A stretch of 64,000 nt of DNA from an uncultured Alphaproteobacteria bacterium (GTDB lineage: Bacteria; Electryoneota; RPQS01), in NCBI GenBank assembly GCA_964406405.1, contig CAYORN010000002.1, positions 10 to 64,009 of the forward strand. Direction: 5' to 3'. Below, piece after piece: positions 48,764 to 58,456 of this stretch. Below the pieces are notes generated by a model that was not told the DNA's origin, searched no databases, and saw only the letters and a list, made by a program, of their open reading frames with translations. The position numbers and the translations under genes are program-made. Positions within the stretch are counted from its first letter, which is position 1. Every line of letters starts with the position of its first letter.

Positions 48764-49354
48764 TTGCAACGCAGAGCCATGCGATTTCTAAGTTCACATT
48801 TTCTTCTCGGAGGCCCGATGGCTACTTGGAAGGCGACCCGCTGCATCGCCCTGGCTTTACTAGCATTTCATGTCGCGCTGATTGTGCCCGCAATGGCCCT
48901 TGCGCAGGAAAATCCGACGCAGGGTGCGGTCCCCGCGTCGCCCAGCATCATACGCCAAGTCGGCCAAGGCAATCAGTACTATCTCGGTCAGGCCAACGAG
49001 CTGCTGATCCGCGTGAATATTTGGGGCAAGGTCACGCGCCCGGGTCAGTATTTCGTGCCGGCTTCCACCGATCTGATCACGCTGATTTCCGTGGCCGGCG
49101 GCCCGATTGCCCGCTCTCGACTCACCGATATTCGCGTCGTCCGCACGAATGAGCAGGGCGAGAGTGAGGTTATTCTGGTGAATGTCAAGAAGTTCCTGAA
49201 GACCGGCGACAAACGGTTGATCCCCGACCTGAAGCCGGATGACACGGTCGTGGTTCACGGCTCCGTCTGGCAGCTTGTCGGCGATGTGACTCAAGTCCTC
49301 GGCAGCCTCGCCAGTGTGGCTGTTGTCTATTTCTATTTCTTTGTCGCCCAGTAG
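48764..49354 (+). CDS. SLBB (beta-grasp) domain protein, polysaccharide export (Wza N-terminal-like) family, with a C-terminal TM helix
   Basis: YYLGQANELLIRVNIWGKVTRPGQYFVPASTDLITLISVAGG matches the SLBB pattern. Signal ...AMALA|Q. Confidence 0.45.
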   Translation: MQRRAMRFLSSHFLLGGPMATWKATRCIALALLAFHVALIVPAMALAQENPTQGAVPASPSIIRQVGQGNQYYLGQANELLIRVNIWGKVTRPGQYFVPASTDLITLISVAGGPIARSRLTDIRVVRTNEQGESEVILVNVKKFLKTGDKRLIPDLKPDDTVVVHGSVWQLVGDVTQVLGSLASVAVVYFYFFVAQ

Positions 49355-49381
49355 CGGAGCTTTCGATTTTCGATAGCAACC

Positions 49382-49418
49382 AAACAGGCGCGGTCCACAC
49401 CGCGCCTGTTTTCATTCT
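49382..49418. terminator. Rho-independent terminator (bidirectional) between convergent genes
   Basis: aaacaggcgcgg-tccacac-cgcgcctgttt, a 12-bp stem followed by a tttcattc T-tract. Confidence 0.75.
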
Positions 49419-49496
49419 GCCTTCCCGGTTTCGCGAAATCGAAAGGCCGCAAGCTCCGGCCGGCTGCCTCAGCTGATTCGCGTCATCCTTTATCCC

Positions 49497-49706
49497 TTAC
49501 TTCCGCATCTTCTCCACATTGATCCGGTAGTTTTGAATCTTGATCTGGAGATTGCGGCGCGCCATACCGATGGCGTCGGCTGCCTGCGAAACGTTGCCGT
49601 TGAACATTCGCAGCACATACGTGAAGAAATCTCTTTCAAACATGACTTTCGCGCGATGAAAATTCAACGCGTAACGCGTGCGGTCGAGCTGCACAGAGTG
49701 AGGCAT
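49497..49706 (-). CDS. Small Fis-family helix-turn-helix DNA-binding protein
   Basis: The C-terminus NGNVSQAADAIGMARRNLQIKIQNY matches the Fis-type HTH (GN.S.AA..LGI.R.TL..K). Confidence 0.55.
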   Translation of the reverse strand: MPHSVQLDRTRYALNFHRAKVMFERDFFTYVLRMFNGNVSQAADAIGMARRNLQIKIQNYRINVEKMRK

Positions 49707-49856
49707 AGTAGCGTTCCCTTGGATTTGGGGAATGAGTGATCGCGGAGGACAAACATGCGAGAGCAGCAGTCATTCAAACGCTCGCGGCGATCAGCCGACA
49801 AAAGTAAACAGCTGCCGTGCTGTTTCCCGATTCATCGAGCGCGCAGCAAACGGCGA

Positions 49857-50333
49857 TCACTCCGGCGCCACTAACTCGACCTTGATCCGGTCCGGGTCTT
49901 CGAAATAGACCGCATAGTGGTTCGGTCCCCCGCTGAACGGAAACGTATCCTCGTAGAGAATCACCGTTCCGCGCTTGCGCAATTCACGCGTTACGTCATC
50001 CACCTGCCGCCGCGATCGCGCGTGAAACGCGAGGTGGTTCAAACCGGTGCGACGGCGGTGAAAAGGAGCGTCCAAATACTCCGGCTCGGTTTGCACGAGC
50101 ACGATGTACGTATCACGCCGTTTCCAGCTCTGGCCGCGGTCCCAATCCTGATAGCGCGTGTAGCCCAGCTCTGTGAGGAACCAGTCCCAGAACTCGCTCG
50201 ATTTCTTCAGATCGGAAACATACAATTCGACGTGATGCAGCTGACCGGACGGGTCATGAAAGGGCCGATTGACGACAGGTCGTTCCATAAATACACAACT
50301 CGCGGCAAAAATAAAAAGGTAAGATTGTTTCAA
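49857..50333 (-). CDS. VOC (glyoxalase/bleomycin-resistance/dioxygenase) family protein
   Basis: HHVELYVSDLKKSSEFW and NHLAFH blocks, the paired beta-alpha-beta-beta-beta modules of the family. Confidence 0.6.
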   Translation of the reverse strand: MKQSYLFIFAASCVFMERPVVNRPFHDPSGQLHHVELYVSDLKKSSEFWDWFLTELGYTRYQDWDRGQSWKRRDTYIVLVQTEPEYLDAPFHRRRTGLNHLAFHARSRRQVDDVTRELRKRGTVILYEDTFPFSGGPNHYAVYFEDPDRIKVELVAPE

Positions 50334-50489
50334 GTGAGCGAAAGATAAACGAGATTCCTCAAAAAGTCAACGCACTTTTCGCTATCCTTACTGAAATAAC
50401 CTGAAATTTGTTGATTTCTAAACACTGCTGACCCTCCTGATCTAAGGTGATCATAGAGGATAATACAGTGCGATAAATTTGTCGCGCCC

Positions 50490-50524
50490 ATGAAAAAGCG
50501 CCGACAGCATGGCCATCGGCGCTT
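50490..50524 (-). terminator. Rho-independent terminator for the minus-strand cargo gene
   Basis: aagcgccg...cggcgctt 8-bp stem; on the minus strand it is followed by TTTTTCA. Confidence 0.6.
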
Positions 50525-50551
50525 GGAAAAACACGATCCGTGAAGTCCGGA

Positions 50552-52279
50552 CTATTTCAACAGCATCATCTTGCGTCCCAGCGTCCCCTCGGGTGTCGTC
50601 AGGACGTACATGTACAATCCCGACGGCAGCGTCGTACCGTCGAACATGACCACGTAGCTGCCCGCGTCGCGCCGCTCGTTGACCAGCGTCGCCACTTCGC
50701 GCCCCAGCACATTGAACACCTTTAAGCTCACGTCGCCCGGCACCGCGATCCCGTAATGAATGTCCGTCACCGGATTAAACGGGTTCGGGTAGTTTTGTTC
50801 GACGAAGAATTCTTCCGGGATCGCACCCAGCGGGTGCTCGCCCACCGCATCCGGATGGATCACTTGGACCGGATAGGCGGCATAAATGCACGTGTCGTTC
50901 GTACTGTCCCACACGCGCGCATAGACATACAGAATCCGTCCGCTCGGCATAAAACGCGTGGTCCACACCAGCGAATCCGGCCCGTCCATCTCTGGCCGGT
51001 TCATTCCGCCCGGCAACTGCGTGCCGATGCAGCCGCTCGCTTCGTTGTCCTGATACACCGAAACTGTCGCCTGCTCGTCCGGATCCGTTACGATCCAGCG
51101 CAAGGTTACGGACGAATCACCGCGCAGCGTGTCGTTCCCCGGCGCGATCCAGATAAACTGCGGCGGCGGATTCAGCGGTACCACGTGGTACGTCACGGTG
51201 CGAACGTTGTTGTTTTCGTTACTCTCCGGAATCTGATTCAGCGAGTCCACCACCAGACGCACCGTGTAGTCGCCCGGCGCAGTAATCTCCCACAGCGGCG
51301 AATACATCTCGAACAAATCGTTGGCGTGAGACTCGGTCATCAGCGTGTCCATGATCGTCACGTTATTGACGGTCAGGACCACGTGATAGGGGTCATACGT
51401 CTCCACCGCCCCGTCGCAGATGTTCCACAGAAAACGCGCGCCGATGCTCTGTCCGATCTGCGGGTCATAGATCACCAGATCGCTGTCCGGCTTCACTAAT
51501 TCCAGCGCTGTTGCCGCTAAGTCCTGCAGCCCGTCGTCCCACGCAATCGAAATGTTGTCAATGAACGTCCCGATGTTGCGGATGTTGTTGCCGTCGCTGC
51601 GGAAGCGCCAGAAGACGTACACCGTGTCTTCCCCCAGAAACGAGAACGGCTCTCCGGTGACGAAGTCGTGCAGGCTGTCTAGATCCATTGACTTCCGCTC
51701 CCAGTTATCGGTCGGCTGCCAGGTGCTGCCGCCGATCTTCATTCCTGCATCCGTCAGTTGGGACGTCTTCGACGCGCCCCAATACACCGAGTCGTGCAGG
51801 TCTTCCGTGGCGCTCCACATGGACCACAAGACCCGCGCCGAGATCGCCGAACTCAGATTCACCCGCCCGTAGGTCACGTAGGTGTTGTAGTTGATCGGAT
51901 AGACGTCAAATTCCGGATCATTGCCCACCGGATAACCGTAGCACCACAATGACTGGTCGTCATCCGGGCACATCAGCACGTCGAAGTAGTTGCCGACGTG
52001 AATATGCCACCGCGGCACAGTTGACGGAATGGACGGGCTGCAGTACGTCGTGCCGTTGACGACGGCGCAGACTTTCCATTGCCGCTGCGGCGGCGGCTGC
52101 CCCGGCGGCGCCACCCACGGCCACTGCGTTCCCGGCCGATCCATGCACTCGACCAGCACGTAATTCCAGCAGGCACGGGCCGTGTCCAGCGCAACATAGA
52201 AAAAAGCCACACAAGCCAGCGACAGAACGACGAGCGCGCGCGTCCGTCGCAAGCGGAGGATTCGTGCCAGTTGCTTCAT
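50552..52279 (-). CDS. T9SS-secreted hypothetical protein with a C-terminal Por sorting domain
   Basis: C-terminus QNYPNPFNPVTDIHYGIAVPGDVSLKVFNVLGREVATLVNE...GLYMYVLTTPEGTLGRKMMLLK, the canonical T9SS type-A CTD. Confidence 0.65.
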   Translation of the reverse strand: MKQLARILRLRRTRALVVLSLACVAFFYVALDTARACWNYVLVECMDRPGTQWPWVAPPGQPPPQRQWKVCAVVNGTTYCSPSIPSTVPRWHIHVGNYFDVLMCPDDDQSLWCYGYPVGNDPEFDVYPINYNTYVTYGRVNLSSAISARVLWSMWSATEDLHDSVYWGASKTSQLTDAGMKIGGSTWQPTDNWERKSMDLDSLHDFVTGEPFSFLGEDTVYVFWRFRSDGNNIRNIGTFIDNISIAWDDGLQDLAATALELVKPDSDLVIYDPQIGQSIGARFLWNICDGAVETYDPYHVVLTVNNVTIMDTLMTESHANDLFEMYSPLWEITAPGDYTVRLVVDSLNQIPESNENNNVRTVTYHVVPLNPPPQFIWIAPGNDTLRGDSSVTLRWIVTDPDEQATVSVYQDNEASGCIGTQLPGGMNRPEMDGPDSLVWTTRFMPSGRILYVYARVWDSTNDTCIYAAYPVQVIHPDAVGEHPLGAIPEEFFVEQNYPNPFNPVTDIHYGIAVPGDVSLKVFNVLGREVATLVNERRDAGSYVVMFDGTTLPSGLYMYVLTTPEGTLGRKMMLLK

Positions 52280-52314
52280 CAGTGAACCCCTCCAGATGTT
52301 ATTGAAATGGTTGT

Positions 52315-52346
52315 TACATCGCCGGAGCCGACGCTCCGGCGATGTA
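52315..52346. other. Perfect 14-bp stem hairpin between tandem cargo genes
   Basis: tacatcgccggagc-cgac-gctccggcgatgta; no U-tract on either strand. Confidence 0.5.
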
Positions 52347-52371
52347 GTAACCGGACAAGACGAAATGGTCC

Positions 52372-54489
52372 TTACTTCAGCAGCATCAATTTGCGCGTCG
52401 CCTGCTGAACGTTTCCGTTCATCGCCGTTTCAAGGCGATAGAAGTAGATTCCGCTCGACAGGGCGCCGGCATTCCAGTTCACCGCATGTGCGCCGGCCTC
52501 CTGAACGCCCTGCGCCAGCGTCGCGACTTCGCGGCCCAGCACGTCAAACACATGCAGCGTCACGTCCGCGCGCTCCGGCAGCATGTAGGGAACCGTTGTC
52601 TCCGGGTTGAACGGGTTCGGGTAATTCTGGCCTAATGCAAATTCGCCCGGCACCAGCTCGTTCGGATCGCGCGCCGATGTCGTCCCGGTGATCCAATCAA
52701 TCGAATTCGCCATCACGGCATTGCGATCCTCGGCGTTGTCAATTCCCTCCAGGCCGAACCCGAGATAGACGATCCGGAAAACATCCGTAGCAATCTTGAT
52801 TGCCGGATGACCACCCTGCGCCGGCGGGGTTTCCCAATCGAACAACGGCGAGGCAAATCCGGACGTATCGGCATCCTGAGAACTCTGGCGCGTTTGGTTA
52901 TTGGCGCCATCACCGCCTGACGTCTGGAAATCAAGACCGTCGCTGATCGGATCGCCCGCGATGCCGAGAATGTGATGCTCAAGAACGTTCGGCTGACGGA
53001 AGATCGAGTGCAGATAATCCGCATAGAACTGATCCGTGCGGCAGTCCAGACCGATGCCTTGACCGGACAGGAACAACCGCCCGCCCTGATCGAGGTAATC
53101 CTGAAGCATGATCTGATCCTGCGGGGCCAGAGTGTGACCGTCCTGCCAGATCGATCCGGTGAACCACACGACCACATCAAGATCTTGCAGATACGCGGCG
53201 TCCAGCGCATTCATGGCCACATCCCAGCGGCCGAAAATGTAATTGGTCTGCGCCGCGGCCAGCGCGTCTTCGTAGTAGGTTTCGAACTGCGCACCTTCGT
53301 CATCATCCACGATCAGAATATCCAGTCCGCCCATCATGCGAAACGACTCTATGGCCGACAGCAGCGGCTCGTTCGGCGTCGTCACCTCCACATTGAAGTC
53401 TGCCTCGCCGCCGTACCCGTTCGGATTCACGCGCACGATTAACGTCGTGGTCTGCAGACTCGGGAGTGGCACCTGAATCGAGTTCGGGTCGCCGGGAACG
53501 GCCGATGACTCGATGCTGTGCGTCCATCCGGTCGGGAACGTACCGCCGAGTGTGACGTCGTACGTGTCGTCCAGCAGGCCGATATTCGTCAGACCAATGT
53601 AATATTGCACCTCGCCCGCGTTCACGTCCACCATCCGCTGGCGCAGATCCGAAGACTCCGTCACCATGCCATAGTTTTGCGTCACAGCGGCGTGAGCGGC
53701 CTGATGCACCTGCTTCGTCGTGTAATCCTGCACGAATACCAGCACGGTGAGATTGTCAATGTTCCACGCGGCTTGACGATTCAAGGTGCCGGAAAAGTCA
53801 TAGGTTTCTCCGGCATTGACCGTGAAGGCCTGTCCCGTCGCGCTCGGCCAGAAATCGCGGAACACATGCGGGAACAGCGTTTCGCCGTTGCTTCCCGGAG
53901 GGCTGGTGTATTGCTGCGTGTCGGATACCAAGAGCGCAAACAACCGCAGACTCGGCGAGGTCATATCCTCTTCCGCTGTGATCGTGCCGATCACCGTCAC
54001 CGACGTTTCGCCGGTTGCCAGTGCCGCAAACTCGATCGTGCACGGCGATACGTTGAAATAGTGGCTGCGGATTGTATTGCGGATCGTCGTTATGTTCCCC
54101 GTGGAGGGGGTAATGGACCACGTTCCGTCAATGATCGCGTGGGGCACACCCCGCTGGATGCCCGGCGTACCCGGATCATCGTCCCACGGGTAGTAATTCA
54201 CGCGGGCGTTCACCTCTCCGGTGTTGTAACTGTACATCGGGTCCACGCCCGGCCATGACACGTGGTAGGAGACCGCAATCACGGTATCATCACCGACCGC
54301 ATGCAGCATGGTGCGCAGGCTCGGGTTCACCGCCGCGCAGGGCGGGCAACTCGCATTGGTAAAATGTTCAACAAAGACACAGCGCTGCGCCGCGTCTGAG
54401 GTGTTCACAGCAGCAAAAAGAAACAGGAAAGCGACCGCACTGAACAAAGCGACACTAAGCAGCTTCATAGGACTTCCTTTCGAGGGCAT
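52372..54489 (-). CDS. T9SS-secreted protein with an N-terminal thioredoxin-like CPPC motif region and a C-terminal Por sorting domain
   Basis: C-terminus QNYPNPFNPETTVPYMLPERADVTLHVFDVLGREVATL...GIYFYRLETAMNGNVQQATRKLMLLK. N-terminal VEHFTNASCPPCAAVNP (CxxC). The start may be ATG 54468. Confidence 0.6.
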   Translation of the reverse strand: MPSKGSPMKLLSVALFSAVAFLFLFAAVNTSDAAQRCVFVEHFTNASCPPCAAVNPSLRTMLHAVGDDTVIAVSYHVSWPGVDPMYSYNTGEVNARVNYYPWDDDPGTPGIQRGVPHAIIDGTWSITPSTGNITTIRNTIRSHYFNVSPCTIEFAALATGETSVTVIGTITAEEDMTSPSLRLFALLVSDTQQYTSPPGSNGETLFPHVFRDFWPSATGQAFTVNAGETYDFSGTLNRQAAWNIDNLTVLVFVQDYTTKQVHQAAHAAVTQNYGMVTESSDLRQRMVDVNAGEVQYYIGLTNIGLLDDTYDVTLGGTFPTGWTHSIESSAVPGDPNSIQVPLPSLQTTTLIVRVNPNGYGGEADFNVEVTTPNEPLLSAIESFRMMGGLDILIVDDDEGAQFETYYEDALAAAQTNYIFGRWDVAMNALDAAYLQDLDVVVWFTGSIWQDGHTLAPQDQIMLQDYLDQGGRLFLSGQGIGLDCRTDQFYADYLHSIFRQPNVLEHHILGIAGDPISDGLDFQTSGGDGANNQTRQSSQDADTSGFASPLFDWETPPAQGGHPAIKIATDVFRIVYLGFGLEGIDNAEDRNAVMANSIDWITGTTSARDPNELVPGEFALGQNYPNPFNPETTVPYMLPERADVTLHVFDVLGREVATLAQGVQEAGAHAVNWNAGALSSGIYFYRLETAMNGNVQQATRKLMLLK

Positions 54490-54770
54490 GATGTTTAGGC
54501 TGCCAATTCTAGGTTAAGCTACATTAATATACAAACAAGATGCACGTTATCAAGGGTTTTGCCTGAAAAGATTACCGCCATTTCCTGCCTCTTATCTCTG
54601 GAATTGAACTGCGATCAAAGTGAATTCTCCTCTTTAACATTTTATAAATTATTATGTTAGGTTGATCGGTGCTTTTGCTCTCCGGCGGCAAACTTTTGCC
54701 CTTTGCATCCCATAGCCGACATCCGGATGAGAAAGAGAGGCCAGACGGTGCCCGGAACCGCCCATAATTC

Positions 54771-54808
54771 ACCCCAAAATGACGACCCCCAGCCTGACGA
54801 CTGGGGGG
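54771..54808 (-). terminator. Candidate terminator downstream of the phosphohexomutase gene (minus strand)
   Basis: cccccag-cctgacga-ctggggg stem; on the minus strand it is followed by cattttgggg. Confidence 0.4.
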
Positions 54809-54820
54809 CAAATCTGCCTT

Positions 54821-54854
54821 CAATTTTCGATTTTCTATTTGGGATTTTCTTCTC
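54821..54854. repeat. Heptad microsatellite (reverse orientation: GAAAATCCCAAATAGAAAATCGAAAATTG)
   Basis: caattttcgattttctatttgggattttcttctc, directly 3' of the phosphohexomutase stop. Nearly identical to the 20611-20643 copy. Confidence 0.6.
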
Positions 54855-56235
54855 AGTGCCCGCTTGATACCGTAAACATGAATCCCTCTTTCGCCAGCAC
54901 CTCGCGCACTTCCTGCTCGATGCGCTCGAGTCCTTCCGGCGAGGTTGCTTCGAAGCGCATGACCAGTGTCGGTTGCGTGTTCGACGCGCGCACCAGCGCC
55001 CATCCATTTTTGAACTTCACCCGTACGCCATCGAGATCGAAAGTCTCGTAGCCCTTTTGCTTGAACGCCTGCTTCACCTTTTCGACCAGCGTGAACTTCA
55101 CTTCATCGGGACAATCCACGCGGATCTCCGGTGTGTTATAGACCTTCGGCAGATCGGCTAATTCCTCGTGCAGCGGATGATCCAATTGACTCACGAGTTC
55201 CGCCAGTCTCCCCGCGGCATAAATTCCGTCATCATAGCCGAAATAGCGGTCGGCAAAAAAAAGATGCCCGCTCATCTCGCCCGCCAGCAGCGCCTTTTCT
55301 TCCCACAACTTTTGTTTGATCAGCGCGTGCCCCGTCTTCCACATAATCGGCTTGCCGCCGTGCTTGCGCACGTCCTCGAAAAACACTTCGCTGCATTTTA
55401 CGTCGGCCACAATCGCCGCGCCGGGATGATGTTTCAGAATCGAGCGCGCGAACAGAATCATGAGCTGGTCGCCCCAGATGACTTTGCCGTTTGTGTCAAT
55501 CGCGCCCAAGCGGTCCGCGTCGCCGTCAAACCCGACGCCAAGTTCGAGTCCCTTGTCTTTGACGAGCGTTTTCAGGTCCGCGAGATTCGCTTCGACCGTC
55601 GGATCGGGATGGTGATTCGGAAACGTCCCGTCCACGGTGCTGAAGAGATCATAGACGGTTGCACCGAGTTCGCGGAAGATTTTCGGCGCCACCAGTCCCG
55701 CGACGCCATTTCCCGAGTCCATGCCGATTCTTACGGCCCGGTCGAGCTTCAGGTTCGTCGTGAGCCATGACACGTACGGATCGAGAATCTCGTATCGTTT
55801 CGCCGCCGACGGAGTGACCCGTTCGAGGTCCTGCGCCGCGATCAGATTCTTGATTTGCTGAATCTGTTCGCCGAAGATTGACGTTTTCCCCAGCGCCATC
55901 TTGATCCCGTTGAATTCGGGCGGATTGTGCGAACCGGTAACCATGATCCCGCCGTCCACCTGCAAGTGCGAGATCGAAAAATACAGCACGGGCGTCGGGC
56001 ACTGGCCGACGTCGGTGACGTCCAGTCCGGCGGAGAGCAGACCGGCCTTGAGATCATGCGCGATGCGCTCGCTCGAGAGCCGCCCGTCGCGGCCGACGGT
56101 CACCCGCTGCGCGCCTTTGCGCCGGACGTACGTGCCGATGCCTTGGCCTAACTGCTCCACGACATCGCTGGTCAGATCGCGCTCCACCACGCCGCGGATG
56201 TCATACTCACGAAAAATCAGAGGATTTGGATTCAT
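54853..56235 (-). CDS. Phosphomannomutase/phosphoglucomutase (alpha-D-phosphohexomutase superfamily)
   Basis: Active-site loop GGIMVTGSHNPPEFNGIK (phosphoserine), the metal-binding DGDADR and the sugar-binding GEMSGH blocks. Confidence 0.85.
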   Translation of the reverse strand: MNPNPLIFREYDIRGVVERDLTSDVVEQLGQGIGTYVRRKGAQRVTVGRDGRLSSERIAHDLKAGLLSAGLDVTDVGQCPTPVLYFSISHLQVDGGIMVTGSHNPPEFNGIKMALGKTSIFGEQIQQIKNLIAAQDLERVTPSAAKRYEILDPYVSWLTTNLKLDRAVRIGMDSGNGVAGLVAPKIFRELGATVYDLFSTVDGTFPNHHPDPTVEANLADLKTLVKDKGLELGVGFDGDADRLGAIDTNGKVIWGDQLMILFARSILKHHPGAAIVADVKCSEVFFEDVRKHGGKPIMWKTGHALIKQKLWEEKALLAGEMSGHLFFADRYFGYDDGIYAAGRLAELVSQLDHPLHEELADLPKVYNTPEIRVDCPDEVKFTLVEKVKQAFKQKGYETFDLDGVRVKFKNGWALVRASNTQPTLVMRFEATSPEGLERIEQEVREVLAKEGFMFTVSSGH

Positions 56236-56308
56236 AGGAGAAATGAAAGTGACAAGTAACAGGAATGAAATAACTGCATTGAGACATGCATCCGTACAGA
56301 TGACAGTA

Positions 56309-57409
56309 TTAGACAGCTAGTGATTTCGCCACATAACCGCTCAAGCCTGACTGGTGTGTATTCACACTATTCATCCCGAAAAAGCGCTCATACCTATCCT
56401 GTGCCAGACAGTCGTTCTTGGTCACGAGCATAATTCTAGGTGGAGATTTCCGTCGCAATTCGCAAGATTTGAGAAGGGACTTGAATTCAAAATCTGCATT
56501 TGGTAATGAGTAACCGATGAACACCCAGTTCGTGGATTCCGAGAGGAACTGTTCGGCCCTTATCCATGACAAAGCAAAGGCATTTGTCCCAAAAGACTTT
56601 GTGTAGCTAAATGTTGCGATGTGAGCACCAAGATTGCCTGTTGACTCACATTCGCGACACTTGTTATTGTCAACCTCGACACTCTCCAATTCAGAACAGT
56701 CAAGGAGTCGATGCGGTGCCTGCAAATAACGCTTAAGCTCTTTTGTGACCTTTGCCTTCATTACTGGAATTGCTTGCTTAGATTGCTGATCAATGAAAAC
56801 TCTCCTGCAGTTGTCACAATACACCCAATTGCTTGATCCGTGTATTTTCGCGACGTCAACTGGGATTGCTCCCGAACTACCGTACTCAGTCAAAGGAAGT
56901 TCGTCGATTCCATATTGGACAGGGCCTGGCCGTGCTTGAGCCTTGATAAACTGCTCCAGTACAATATCCCAATTCATCACCACGAAATTATTGTGATGAG
57001 CAATCACTTCTGTAAGCAATTTACTTATGCAACTGTCGCGGTCTGCTGGATTAATGTTCCTATTCAGAACAGAGAAGATTCTATAAATGAGAAACCTCCT
57101 GACGGCTCGTAGAGTGCGAGGGTTATTCCACTGTCCAAGTGAGTGGCCTGAGTTCGCGCTGGCATCTAACACTGTGAAATAGTCTTCAAGTGTCGGTGGA
57201 TTGCTAAGCTCGTCCCAACCAAAGATTTCTTTTGCGGAACACCTGAGAGCGGCGACCAATGCTCTGTCCAGTGGATTACTACAACTATGTTTGTCGTAAA
57301 CTGCATCAGTCAGTTCGGAAGTGGTGTATAATCCAGCGCTCTTTGAGAAACCTGCTCCAAGAATAAATGTTGTCTTGTTCATTGAGTTGCTCACTCTTTT
57401 GTGGTACAT
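56309..57409 (-). CDS. SIR2-like (SIR2_2 / DUF4020-type) domain protein with an inserted Zn-ribbon, a candidate standalone NAD-depleting defence protein, in a low-GC island
   Basis: N-terminal TTFILGAGFSKSAG (the SIR2_2 Rossmann motif), NFVVMNWD, VAKIHGSSNW, WVFIGYSLPNADFEF. CxxC...CxxC (CDNCRRV...CRECES) between the HGS and FIGYS blocks. Local GC is visibly lower (about 45%) than the flanks. Confidence 0.6.
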   Translation of the reverse strand: MYHKRVSNSMNKTTFILGAGFSKSAGLYTTSELTDAVYDKHSCSNPLDRALVAALRCSAKEIFGWDELSNPPTLEDYFTVLDASANSGHSLGQWNNPRTLRAVRRFLIYRIFSVLNRNINPADRDSCISKLLTEVIAHHNNFVVMNWDIVLEQFIKAQARPGPVQYGIDELPLTEYGSSGAIPVDVAKIHGSSNWVYCDNCRRVFIDQQSKQAIPVMKAKVTKELKRYLQAPHRLLDCSELESVEVDNNKCRECESTGNLGAHIATFSYTKSFGTNAFALSWIRAEQFLSESTNWVFIGYSLPNADFEFKSLLKSCELRRKSPPRIMLVTKNDCLAQDRYERFFGMNSVNTHQSGLSGYVAKSLAV

Positions 57410-57954
57410 GCTTTCTGGCAGATTGTCCCATTTATCACTCTGTTACTCTGCCGGATCCGATACTCACTGCGTAACGTCGTTTCCCATATCGGTTTCATGC
57501 CGTTGCGCTGGGCGACGGCGATGGAAGGGGTGTTCAGCGGATTGATGATCGAGATGATGTGCGGAATGGGATAGGTACGAAAGCCGTGGTCGCGCAGCGC
57601 GCGAGCGGCTTCCGTGGCGTAGCCGTGCCCCCAATGCGCGCGCACGAACAAATAGCCGACTTCGAGTCCGTTCACGCCGTCAATCTCCTGCATGAGCTGC
57701 CCGCCCATGCCCAGAAACTCGCCGGTCTCTTTTCGTTCGCACATGAAGAAGCCGTGGCCGTCGCGCTCGTAACGGACAAAGTTTCTGGCGATCCAAAGCT
57801 GCTCCACTTCGTTGCGGTCATACGTCTGCGGATAGTGCTTCATCGCCACCGGATCGGACAGAATGCGGAGCAGGTTGTCCACGTCCTCCGGCACCATCCA
57901 CCGCAGCCGCAATCGCTCTGTCTCTAAGAGAGTCTTTCGGGTTTCATCCTTCAT
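57391..57954 (-). CDS. GNAT-family N-acetyltransferase (RimJ/RimL-like)
   Basis: TERLRLRWMVPEDVDNLLRILSDP...; GFRTY...NPLNTPSIAVAQRNGM. The C-terminal 25 aa lie in the low-GC insert. Confidence 0.65.
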   Translation of the reverse strand: MKDETRKTLLETERLRLRWMVPEDVDNLLRILSDPVAMKHYPQTYDRNEVEQLWIARNFVRYERDGHGFFMCERKETGEFLGMGGQLMQEIDGVNGLEVGYLFVRAHWGHGYATEAARALRDHGFRTYPIPHIISIINPLNTPSIAVAQRNGMKPIWETTLRSEYRIRQSNRVINGTICQKACTTKE

Positions 57955-57971
57955 CCTTCCGCCTTCATCCT

Positions 57972-58400
57972 TTAAAGAACGTTCACGCCCAGCGTCACCT
58001 TCGTATTCAGCAGCCGGGAAATCGGACAGGTGGATCGCGCCGTTTCCGCCGCGCGATACACGGCCTCGCGGTCGTCCTTTCCGACGCGCACTTCCACTTG
58101 CAAATGCACCTCGGATACGGTCGGCTTCTCCGCGACATGATCCAAGGTTGCCGTGGCGATGGTGTGGATGCTCTCCGGAGCGATACCGATTTTGCTAAGT
58201 TCAGCGGCAAACGCCATCGAGAAGCAGGCCGCTTCCGCCGCGGCAATCAACTCTTCCGGGTTCGTCCCCGGCGCGTCTTCAAACCGCGTCTTGAAAGAAT
58301 AGGATACGTCTTTGAAGATGCCCGAACCGGCGGACACCGTCCCCATGCCGCTCTTTAAATCACCCTTCCAGACCGCCGTTGCGCGTGACTGACGAATCAT
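57972..58400 (-). CDS. OsmC/Ohr-family peroxiredoxin-like protein
   Basis: GTNPEELIAAAEAACFSMAF (OsmC Cys motif) and a second Cys in ARSTCPIS. Confidence 0.8.
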   Translation of the reverse strand: MIRQSRATAVWKGDLKSGMGTVSAGSGIFKDVSYSFKTRFEDAPGTNPEELIAAAEAACFSMAFAAELSKIGIAPESIHTIATATLDHVAEKPTVSEVHLQVEVRVGKDDREAVYRAAETARSTCPISRLLNTKVTLGVNVL

Positions 58401-58413
58401 GACAAACCCTTTG

Positions 58414-58442
58414 AAGAAAATTTGAAATTGGAAATTGGAAAC
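58414..58442. repeat. Heptad microsatellite GAAAATT-TGAAATT-GGAAATT-GGAAACG
   Basis: gaagaaaatttgaaattggaaattggaaacg between the osmC start and the bshA stop. Confidence 0.55.
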
Positions 58443-58456
58443 GTGAGCACAGAAGT

